From Candidatus Omnitrophota bacterium (GTDB taxonomy: Bacteria; Omnitrophota; Gorgyraeia; JAUYCX01), in contig JAUYCX010000119.1 in assembly GCA_030692045.1 (NCBI GenBank), forward strand, positions 25,688-89,687: a stretch of DNA of 64,000 nucleotides. The letters run 5' to 3'. The notes beneath the pieces are model-generated. The model worked only from the letters and a program-made list of their open reading frames with translations. It did no database searches and was not told where the DNA came from. Of this stretch, positions 43,201 to 55,200 are shown in pieces (within the stretch, counting starts at the first letter, position 1; each line of letters begins with the position of its first letter). The translations under genes were made by a program, and so were the position numbers.

Positions 43201-46200
43201 ATCAGCCAGCAGTAATGGCTTAACTTTACCTTCTTTTGAGCAAGCCGAAGAAAAGAGGCAAGTTATAATGTTAGCACTTAGGCACCAAGAACTTGAGCCC
43301 ATACGAACAGAAACTTTAAATAGAGCCTTAGAATACATTAGAGATAACTTTACTGAATTTTACAGATTTGTAATGGCTAATTTAGATGCGTTAGAGTTAG
43401 ATCATAATGGTAAGAATGATTTCTATTATCGTATAGGTGAAAGAGGCAAGGTGTATTATCCTGAGGCAACTTTAGGTCAAAGGCCTGCAGTTATCGCAGC
43501 TAGATTATTCCATGAAGTTATACACAGCTATTTCGATAGAATATATGGGGAAAATTCAGCAATTGGGCCTTGGGGTGAATATAGCGCAGACCTCTTACAG
43601 GATATGGTTGCGAAGTATGAAAGCAGGCTCCAAGGTGAAAAGGATTATTTCTCGGTTAAGAGATTAGAGCCTGAATCAAGGTTTCATTGGGGACCCTCGT
43701 TTGATGCCTGGATGACTGCGAATGCAGATAGTTTATCTAAAGTCTGGCCAGAGTCTGTGCGTGTCAGGTTAGCTCAGATACATTCTGAAAGAGCGTTATT
43801 AGAACAGATGTCAAAGTTAGGTACAGATACCCAAAAACAGCGTCCGCCTGAGCCGCTAAAGCCAATTGAACAAAAGAAAGCTAAACAGCAATCGCCAACT
43901 GATATTCCGAGTGGCTCACAGAAGGGTCAATCTAAGCCATCAGATGAGAGTGCTTTGCCGGCGCCTGAGCCTTTTGGCTTGCCAGTTGCACCCATAAATC
44001 TATTACTTATTATTCCTCTATTCTTAAGCAGCACAGGCAAAGGTCTAAAGACAGTGTTTGGCATACGAGAAGCATTTGCTCAATCAGCGCCTTCAGAAAA
44101 TAATCTGGCTGAAATTAATCATTCTAAGCAAGCTCAAAATAACATTGGAATTGGAATTGGACCTCGAGGTCCCACCATAAGAATGCAAGCCGGCATTCTC
44201 GCAATGCCGCGCCTTGCAACAACAGAAGCGCGAGAAAATATCACAGATTACACAGATTCTCTCTGTGAACAATCTGGTAACACAGATTACACAGATGTTG
44301 TAGGTAATCAAGGCCAAGTAAGATTGCCAGTGCTTTTGGCAATAGTGGGTTTAGGCTTAGCTGTAAATGCCATAGGCTTAATACCGGCAGTAATAATTGC
44401 CATAGCAGTATTAGGATTTATCTTAATTAAGGCCAGAGTTACCGAAGGTGCCACAGGTTCTGAAACTACATCTAACAGAACTGGTGCATCTACAAGTGCA
44501 ACTGGTTCTAAGGGTGCATCAACAGGTGCAACATCTAAAGCAGAAACCACAACTGCTAATACTAATGGCTCTGGTTCTCAAAAGGGTCAGACAGTAAATA
44601 AACCTTCATTCAGCGAAAGATTAAGAGTAATTAAAGCTCAAGCAATTCGCAGAATAAAGGATTTTGTTGTTTATCGTGCTAGAGCTCCAACGGCGCTTGC
44701 TCATAGACTTGTTTCTTCTGCAATTGTCATTCCTGAACACAAAGACCTCGCAATTCCTTCCTTAAATAGATTCAAAGGCAATAATCCTACAATTCTTGGC
44801 CGGCTTTTAGGCTTTATCTTCAATGATTTAGCGCACATTATAAACGGAGAATTGAATTGGGAGCGTTGTATTTTGAAAGCTGGTAAAGCCGGCGGCAAGT
44901 TAGCTGTGGTTATTTATCCTACCTATGACCACGATGGAAGCTTTAATCCCGGTGAGTTAGAAAGGTTGGTCAAAGAGTTAGCAACCAAAGGTTACCGTGT
45001 AATAGGCGCGCGTGTCAGTTCGGTAAATGAGCTTATTAACGCGGTCTTGAATTTTACACAACAAGAAGCTGCTTCATTGTTATTCATAGGCGGACACGGA
45101 AGTCAATATTCTATTCAATTAGGAGCAGAGCTTCCTCTTGTTGAAGATAGCAATAAGTTGACGATATATAATCTACACCTTCTTTCTTTAGCGAGAAAAA
45201 GCTTAGCTAATAATGGCGTTATTGTTCTTACGTCTTGCAAAACTGGAAAAGGAGGGGTTGGTGGGTTCAACATAGCCAATGAGGTTGCAAAGGTATTCTC
45301 ACAGGCAAAGCATATTTTTGCGCCTGAAGAATCACCGTATGGTGCTGTTACTTGCGAATTGATATTTGATGACAATAGTGATGTTATGGGAGTTAAGTAT
45401 GATTACCTTGGCTCTGTTAAAGATTATTATGATGCAATAACCAATAGAAACTCAGAACCCGATTTAATTCAAAGAAGAGAAAGAATTCACAGCCTACTCC
45501 CCTATATTAGAGAAATAATTGCTCCAGCGGTGATTATTATGGTTATAGCTTTATTCTTTGGCGTTTCGCCTGTTTTGGCAGGTCCCGTAGTTGCCGGCGC
45601 AACAGTTGTAGTTGGTAAAGGTGTTTTAATAGTAGCATTGAAAATGGTTTTAGCAGTTGCAGTGGGTCTGGCTATTGCCAGAATGTTTAGCAAAGGCGCA
45701 CATTCCGTGGCAGTGCGTTCAATAAAAGGTCTGGCTGGTCGTTTTGGCACCCCCTCCGCCAAAACCGACCGCCAGGCCTCTTTTAGAAGGCTACCTTCAC
45801 TAAAATCTATAACTAATATAGTTCTATTCTTAATGGCATTATTCTTGGTGCTTCCTGCAGTGCAGACAGTTCTGCATGAATTAGGACATGCCATTGTCTA
45901 CATGCTCATCGGCTTTTCACCACATCTCTATATGGGCAATGACCTTAAATCTTTGATTTCTTTAGGAAATTATTTTCAATTTAATATTCAGGAGCCTTTT
46001 GAGTGGCTGGGCAAATTGCTGGATACACGCGGAGCTGTAACTGCGCCAATTGATATAAATGCTTCCCAAGAAGCTGTATTGCAAATAATGGAAAAAATGA
46101 AGCATCAGCCCAAATTCGTTTTGTTCTTACTTAATATCTCAGGAAGTTTGCTTAGGGCATTGGTTATCTCACCCATTCTTTATTTCTCATTTAAATTGGC

Positions 46201-49200
46201 ATTCCCGCTTAGGTTAGATGAATATGAAAGTTTTAGAAATGACTTAACTGAAACGGCCTTAGAAAAATTAAGAAGATGGGTTATGTTTGTTCCGTTGATA
46301 ATAGGTTCAACAGTGATACTCATTTCAGAGGGAGCATATGTGTTTGTGGTAGGAGATAAAAATTCTGATTGGGTGCAGGCTGCACAAATTTCAGGCCTGC
46401 CACGTGCATTGATAGGCTTAATTATCTTACTGCCGCTTGTTACACTTGTTGCTTACGACATTATCAAATTTGTTAGAGAGGAAATTAAACAGAATAAAAT
46501 TATTGCTCAGTTTGAAAAAGGCGAAGAAAAGGGAGGTGCAAAATGGTTAAGATTAATTTACAGGAACTGGAATTTGACCACTTGGTTGAATTCAGCAAAG
46601 ACCGCACAATCTTTGCGGCAGCTCGCCAGAACGGTAGCGGCCACATTAGGCTCTTTCTTGTATTCCAAGACAATGGCAATGTCTACACCAGAAATGGCAC
46701 AGCAGACAGCTGGGAACAGCTCTTTGGCCAAGATGCTGAAATTGTTAGTGGCAAAATTACTCTCGCTCTTAACAACCATATCCCGGTTTACAAAGTCAAC
46801 GGCTCGCACGCTTAAAGAGAGTAAGCGAGCCGTTGACTCTTCTCGCGTTATTGAACTTACAATTGTAGCTCTATCGCCATTCCTTGTAGGGTTTAGCCAA
46901 GGAACAATCATTGCCGTTGTAATTCCTCTTGTGGCTACTTTCGCACTTTTACTCTATCTTAAACATCGTGCTGGTATGTTACCTTCCACAATCGCCCTTA
47001 TCTTAGGTGTTGGTATTGGGGTATCATTATGGCCGTTATTGTCTATCGTTATTAAATCACAACAGCCGATTCTTTCTCAGATAGCACAATTAGGATTAGC
47101 TTTATCCATTTTGGGTACTATCTTAAATGGATGGAGATTAAGACAATTAAGCAACCTCTCAATTTCTAAACTTATCGCGCCTTATAGTAATGATGAAGAC
47201 CAAACAACACTGCGCCAGCAATTCAAGTCTAACAACCTCTTCCAATATTATGCCAATGCTGTGATAATTGCAGCAGTTTCTATGGTCAGTAGCGTGATGC
47301 TTTTGTTAGTTAATTTACATAACCTCAGTGCGCAGTCATTAACTGCGCAAGGTTTAATCTTGGCCAAGATTGGTTTTGCGATGACAGTTGTGTCTTTGGT
47401 TATGGGCAATATTATTTTCCATAGAGCCGCAATAAGACATCAACAAGGATTAGTCACTACCGGCCTCTATTCTAAGGTAAGACATCCGATTTATTTAGCT
47501 TGGCTGGCGGGAATTTTAGGTATAGTGATGATGTTTCCCAATATTTACTCAGGTTTGTTCTTTGTAACCTTCCTAATTACAGCCAAGACAGAAGCCGTTA
47601 AAGAAAACATTGGTTTGTGGCTTGAGTATGGTCAAGAATATGCTCAATACACCCATAAAGTTCCTGCCTTAGAGCTGAGAGTTTTGAGGTTAGTGAAGAG
47701 AATACTGCCGTTTGTGATTATTGCAAGTGTTATTTTTGCCAACCCTGCCTTGTCAGCGCCAATGATAGATGTATCCCATTCCAACATCTGGGATATCTTA
47801 GGACCGATTAGCATATTGGTTTTCTTGGTGACTATGGCAAATGACCCGCCAAATGATGAGCGAAAGCCACGACGAGAATTTGGAACGAAGGATGTGCAGG
47901 ATCGTTTTCCAGACCTTGTTTCTGCTCGAACAATCGTCTTTAAGTGGAGGGCCCTTTACAAACTTGATTATGATGAAATCTGCTCTATTCTTGAGTTCAT
48001 TCAAGGTAACTTAGGGTGGTGGGAGCAGTTGGCGCACTCCGAGCCAATGAGTGGCACGCCATATAAACAAATCAAAGGTTTTCCAGCTATGGCCAGGGCT
48101 TATGAGAAAGTGGACCGAAGCTTTCAGATATTGCGAGGGCTCATCGAAGTCGTGCAGGAGGCCGTAAAGGAAGTTGAGGAACAGGTGGGATTCAAGAGCC
48201 TACCTCAGTCTTGGCGGTTTACTATGTTAGCGCTAGCTGCGAAAACATTGGATGAAAAACACAGTCTGGACGCTGTTCGGGATCATCTGACTGATGAGTA
48301 TATTAGGCGATTCGAGGAACGCAGTGAGAGCAGAGGTCAAAGGCTATGGAGCCATCCCATTGTGACCTTGGTTGCTGCCTTAATTACTCTCGCCTTGATG
48401 TACCCAACATCAGGTGCGGGCGTTGCAACAATAAGCGCAAATGGTTTGCCAGCGTTTATTACTAAAGTTGTGGTTATTTTAGGTATTCTAATGCCTTTTG
48501 GCCTCATTTTAAATAATAGGCCAGAAGAAAATAGATGGATAAGCGAGATAAAGCAAAGAATTGCTGAAATTGCCCAGAGACATCCTCGACAAGTAAAAGG
48601 TTTGGTAGCTTTTGTGGTTATATTCTTTTTGGAAAAATATTTGAGGCAAGGTATCGCAGAAAAAGTCGCAGCTGAAATCCAGGGTAGTCATAGACTAAGG
48701 GATTTAGAGACATTTCAACAGATACAGGGAGAATTCATAGAATATTTACAATCACATTCAGCAAGTCTATTGACCGCAATGGGTATTTCAATGTTTATAG
48801 ATGAAATTCAGAGAGACTTAATGGCTCTTAGAATATTAGCCGATAGCATAATTAATGAGGCATTGGCAAGAGATGTATCACTGCAGGGTCAATTAAGAGT
48901 TTTATCTGAGTTAACATTAAGGCATCTACAATCACCTTCCAATCCAAGAATACAACGAATAAATAGAAGCGCTTGGCGTATTGAAGTCGAAATAGCCAAG
49001 ACGCTGGGAATTTCTGAATGGTTATTTAGAGAAGGATGGGGGAGGGATTATGGCATTGAGCCAAGAAATGAGCCTCCTGCTGGACCTCAAGCTGGCGCAG
49101 TGCGGCACATAGTTGTGTTTCCTTTGATTGCTGTAGTGGGACTGGCAGGATTGTTGTTGACTGCAAGCGCAACTGTTGTTGGCACAGTGTTGCTTAGCGT

Positions 49201-52200
49201 TGCAGTGATTACAGCTCTTACGCTGGATTGGTTAAGGGACAGTCCCTATAAGTTACATAGAAGAGGGACTGTCCCCAAACTCTGGTCAGGCAAGGTTAGT
49301 CCTGCCCAAGCGCCGCCAACCCCTATTTCTCGCAAACCCTCACCTCTTGATCCTCGCTATGCTGAATTAGAAAACTACCCTCCAGAAATACTTCGCAATA
49401 TTGTCTTAAATGTATCTACAACAGAACCAGAAAAACCGCACCGCGTCAAAGGATTACTCTCCAGAATAAAGAAAATTTTCTTTATTGGTATATTATTACT
49501 AATTAATCTCTTTGCCGCAACAGCTCAAGGCGCGCAATTCTCAATGGATGCAACTGGTAACTTGTCTGTGCGAGTTGAATCAGGCGATACATTTGGAGGA
49601 ATAGTTCCAAAGATTAGAGGTACTCAACAGGTGGTTGCGCCTGAACAACGTCTTCCTTTATTTGTCGGCTCACTTTGGGGTCAAGATGGTGTTGTACAAA
49701 AGGTTTATGGAGAAATTAAACAGTCTAATCCGGATTTTGTGGATATAGATAAGATTCGTCCGGGACAAATAATATATTTACCCTTAGATTTGCCAGAATC
49801 TGTTAAACAAGCACTTGCTCCGCAACTTATGGAAGCTCTACCCACAGTTTTGGTAGCCGCTTCAAAGCCTGATTCATCAAAGGTTAAACCAGAAGCAGTT
49901 GCTGTTGCTTTGCTTGACACAGTTAAGATTGGCGCTACGGTTAAAGTGGTTCCAGATGCCCTTACCTATCCATCTAAAGTTAATCCTCCATCAGCACAGC
50001 ACATTAATTTAGCAATGGCTCTAATTGTAGGCGTGGGTCTTATCTTAGGAATTGCCATTGCCCAGTCTTTAAAATCCAGAATTTCCCGAGAAAAACCTGA
50101 GTTTATGAACATAGCTCCTGCGCCTATTAGCGCTACACATACAAGTGAACCAGCAGTTGCCACAATAGAAGAAGTACCAGCAGAAGCAAAGGCAGAAGCA
50201 GAGAGTGTGAGCATACAACCTTGGCCGACTGAATATGTTCCAGCTGTGGCGCCAGTTAATGCTGATGTTTTGCGTAGAATAAAAGAAGCCTTAGATTCTC
50301 CAGACACCAGATATTTAGAGCGCATTCGCGATGTAGAATGGCTCATTGATGATTTAAAGGCAATGCAGCAATTACTTGCGCCCGAGGATATTGAAGAATT
50401 AACACAATTATTAGAAAGATGTTTAAAAGATGATAGGCCGGGTTTAAAGATGTTAGCAATCGCTACTATTTTGAATTTGGGTTTACGGGCGACTAAAGAA
50501 GAAGCTGTCGAATTCTTAAATCACCACAAGAGAGAGTTATTGCCTCAGGTGAGAAAATTAGAAGCAGAAAGTAAAGTTTATCTGGAAAAAGCCCAGGCCT
50601 TTAGAAAACAAGCAGAGACAATTAAGGGGTTGGATGAATTAGATAAAGCCCGAACCGCCCAAGTAAGATTTGAGGAATTGATGTTTATTGCCGGCTGGAT
50701 AGGAACAGCTTTGGAAAAGATTGCTTTAGCAGAAGTTGCTTCAGAGGTTACTACAACAATGACTGCGGACTTAAGGCAAAACCCCTCCAATGACCTTAAG
50801 TCCGCAGAAGCAAATAAGCCAGGAGTTGAAGGCTTTACAACAATAGAAGTTAGCTTTGCATTGGCAATCTTGACAGCTGTTTATTTAATCAATCCTGTTT
50901 TGGGATTAGGTTTAGGCGCTGTTATGGTAGTTGCGGCTTTGGCAGCTAACAGAAGAACAGGCCTTAGGCGAAGTCGAAGCATTACCGCATTAGTGGGAGC
51001 TTTGGTAATATTATTATCTTCCCTTAATATTCAGGGTTGTGCCATGATGAAGCTTGGTAACACAACCCATCCAGACTATTCAACCGCAAAAGTGGATAGA
51101 GCTCTCTATGAACATCGTGGAGAAAACCCAGAAAACAATGCAACGCACCCTGATACAACTTCAAGCCAGCCAGTAGCTTTAGAAACTGAAATTAAACCTG
51201 TTAAGAGAACAGAAGTAGGGACGTCTTTGACGACCATCGGAAGGGTGTCCCCTGCAAAAGAAGTTAGGGACAGCCTTAGCTTGAGAGAGAAAGACGTCCC
51301 TACTTCAAACCAAGAAAAAACTGCACAGCCAATTAGAGCACCGCCAGTTAAACAAGATAATCCGTCGCCTCAAACTCAATACATAGTCAAAAAAGGTGAT
51401 ACACTTTGGAGAATTGTTGGTGCACAATGGCCAACAGTTTACAATGCCAATCCAGAAATCCAGAATCGTCCCGGCGAACAATTGGGTCCTCAATATCCTG
51501 ACACAAAACAAATCGTAATTATTTATCCAGATGAAATTTTAACACAGATTACACAGATTGAAACTACAGATTACACAGATACTGCAACCGCAAGGGACGC
51601 AAAAGAAAAAACAGAAGAAACCGCGGAAGCCGCAAAAGCTCGAGAAGACTCACTTAAAGCTGAAAAGGCAAAACAACAAGCGCAAGCCCAAGCCAAAGCT
51701 GAGCAAGCCGAAAAAGAGAGACAACATGCACAAGCCGCAAAAGCAAAACAAGATTCAGTTGAGACTGCAAGAATTATAGCCGCCAGACAAGATTCTTTAG
51801 AGGCTGCTAGAATGGCTGCACAGGAAACAGCTCAAGCCAAGGCTGATTCATTAGAAGCTATAAGAAGAGGACAACAATTTGATTTCTTAAAAAAGATTAA
51901 GCTTGCGTTATCTTCAGCTTTTGGTTTTAATCCCATATTTTTATGGGGCAGTTTATTTGTCCTTGCTTTAGCTTTAGTAGCTTATCGTATGCGAATGAAG
52001 AATGAGGCAAATGGCATAGCTGTTAACTCTGCTCCTAAACCTGCATCCAGAAGAAGAGTAAAAATTGATGCCTCCAGCGACCCAGTTAGTCCAGCTGTAG
52101 TCAAGCCACAACCAGCACGCAGAGCCACAAGACCCCAGTCTCGAAAATCTGCATCTAAGAAATTGCATCAACTGTTTAAACACAAAACCCTTGCTTATCA

Positions 52201-55200
52201 ATTAAAAAGCTTAGCTTTAGATTTAACTCCTTTTGCCTGGTTTGTCTTGGCTAAGTCAGCCAATATAGAACATTCTTGGTTAGCTTTGCCAATTATTGGT
52301 CTAATAAGATTTTTGGTTGTGTTTAATATGGTGACCAGCCACGAATCTGCGCACGCCAGTCAAGCTCTTGAGTATGGTGATACTACAGCAGATAGAATTA
52401 GCAGAAATCCTTTTACTCATCTGTATTGGAGATCCCGCGATGGCTTACCTGCCTTCTACAAAGTATTTTCCTTTATGGGCTCTACATCAATGCTTATTAC
52501 CTCTGTAATATTTGGCTTGCCTTTGGGTTTTGGTTCAGCCAGGCCAGTAGTATTTAATTCTAAACCAGATTATCAGGTAAGAAAGATAAAATTTGCTGGT
52601 CCAAAAATCAATTTAATTCGGGGACTTGTGGCTCTCGCTTTAGGCGCGCTGGCAGTAAAACTTGGCTTAGCTTATCAGGAATATTACATTCCAGTTTTAC
52701 AATACATCGCAATATTAGAGCTTATATATGCAGTGTTTAATTTAATACCTTTGCCTCCTGCTGACGGAGCTGTAGCGCTTTTTGGTAAAAGGGTTAATCA
52801 ATCATTAAACATTGGTGGTATGAATATTCCTGCCAATACCTGGGGTATTGCTGGATTAATTATTCTTTTGAAAACAGGAATTTTATTTAAGCTTTTTGCC
52901 GGCATTTTATTATTGGTAAATTATTTTATGCCCGCAGAGGCAGGATTATCCAGTTTAACCGATGGACTTATCAAGGCATCAATCATCACTTATATATTAG
53001 CTCATGCAGGGATGTTGGTAAAAGGAATTGCAGAACAGAAATCAGGGACGTCTTTGAAGAGCATCGGAAGGCTGTCCCTTTCAAGAGGTGTAGGGGACAG
53101 CCTTAGCTTGAGCGTGAAAGACGTCCCTAATTCAATGCTCAGGCAGCAGGCAGCTGTAAAGAAATTGTTGCTGTTAGCAGTTACAGGCTCTTTGATGTTA
53201 ATTGCTCAGCCAGCTTGGGCTGACACAAATCCTGGCTCGTGGAGCACTGGAGAAAATATTCTTGCCTTTGGGGGTATTTTGCTTGTGGCTCATCTGGTTT
53301 TGCGTTTCATTGTGAGCCTGATTGCCAAATTCAAACCCAGATTTACTCAAAAACATTTATTTACAATTCTCTTGCCATTTATGTTAGCGGTTAATCTCAA
53401 TTTGTCTTGGTCGCTAAGGCATCTTAATACGTTCTTTAGTTATTATTTCGCAAACCTTACTGATGCGGCGCTGGTGGCTAATGTTATTTTGGCTATTCGT
53501 GAAATGACTTCCAAACGATTATTGAAGCCAAGCACGCTGGTTAAATTCATTGGTTTGATATGGGTTGGTTCTATCATTTTTGAAGTAAGTTCAGGCTTAC
53601 AAAACTGGCTGGCACTTCACTTGATGGATAAAGAAATAAGACTTGTTTTCGGCCAAGGAGATATCGTAGCTTATGGCGCAGGTTTGTTATGGTTCTTACT
53701 GCATAGTTTACGCCAGCGTGCAGTAATTAATGCTAAGGTTCAAACTGTAAATAGAAGAACTTCCTCTTTTGTAAGACCAAGACAAAGCTCTCGTCGAGAC
53801 TTTGCTAAAGAGCTAAGAAACAATTTACCTTTTGGGCTAATGGTTCTCTTTGGCTTGGGTGTTTTGGCTACAACCTATTTATTTAATCCCACATTAATAT
53901 CTACCTTGGGCTTGGGTTTGATTTTTGGTTTAAGCAAAACAGATAGTGGTTCGCAGGATGAACATCACCACAGAGAATTAAAAGAGGCAAACGAATGGGT
54001 TGAAGAAGCGCGTCAGCATAGAAAGAAAAAAGAATATCAGGGTGCCATGGAATCTTATGAAATTGCAATAGAGCTTTATGGAATTGTAGCCAGTGGTTCT
54101 ATTGTGCCTACTGTTCAAGAGACTGCCCGTGGTAATTTAGCCCATGCTCGTAGAGAACTCCAGTCAGTTTTAGCCCAGATTGAACAGGCAATGTTAGATT
54201 TCATTGCTGATAAATTTGCTTATGCCAAAGCGCAGAAGGGCATTCGTGATTATGCTGCATTTAAGAGAGATTTAGAAGAAGAGCTTCTGAAAAAGGAGCC
54301 TGAAGGATTAGAAGCAATTTCTCAAAAAAGAAAACAGTCTATTTATAATAGCTCAGAAAGAATTAGACAAAGGTTAAGCCAAATCAGAGCGCCCGGCGTA
54401 TCCACAGAAGTGATACCGCGCAGGGTAGTTTATCAAATAAGAAAAGCATACTTTAATGAACTTTATGATGGCATTCACGCTGGGATAAAATCAATTTTCG
54501 TTCCCTTAGGGCAGAGAAGTTACTCTATTTCTGGTATGCTTTTTGATATTTTGGGAAGGAGAATTCCTGATAACGAAAGCGCCTTAAAAGCCTTATTTAA
54601 TGATGTTAACTTTAAGGATTCTATGGGTAAAACTCACCGTGCATTAGCTCGTCGGCTTAGGAAATTTGAAAGAGGAGAATTAGAAAAAAGCAAGGCAGTT
54701 CTTTACGATATTGCGGCATTAATCATTCGCGCAAATACTCGATTAGTTGAGGCATATCAGGGATTAGTTCCTGATTATGAATTGCCAGAAGTTGAGACAG
54801 TTAAGAAAGCGCCTAAGCCTACAGAGGAAGTTGTCATTCCTGATGCAGAGATAAGAGAGATTATTTTAGAGGCAATAGAAGAACTTTACAAGCTAAGAAG
54901 TAACTATGCAGAATATAGACTTTTCTATGAAGAGATTATCAGAGTAGTTAGTCAAGCTTTAGAACAAAGAGGGGTGTCTGAGGCAGGCAAACAAGTTCAA
55001 AGAGTAATTTCTCGCTCAAAGCCTATTAAAAAACGTTTAGCCCAGATAGAGCGTGAATTCTTAAGGCCAGCAAGAACAGAAGCAGTTGGGGGATTTGTAG
55101 ATTATTATGCAATTTTAGGCGTGGAAAAAGGTCCTTTAGCTAATTCCAGAGAGATTAATCGAGCCTTTGATGGTTTACCCAAAGACAGAAAAACTGAGCA

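Noticed and set aside
43912-44590. GSQKGQ x2 as further prepilin cleavage sites
   Set aside because: Neither is followed by a hydrophobic helix; treated as linker similarity.
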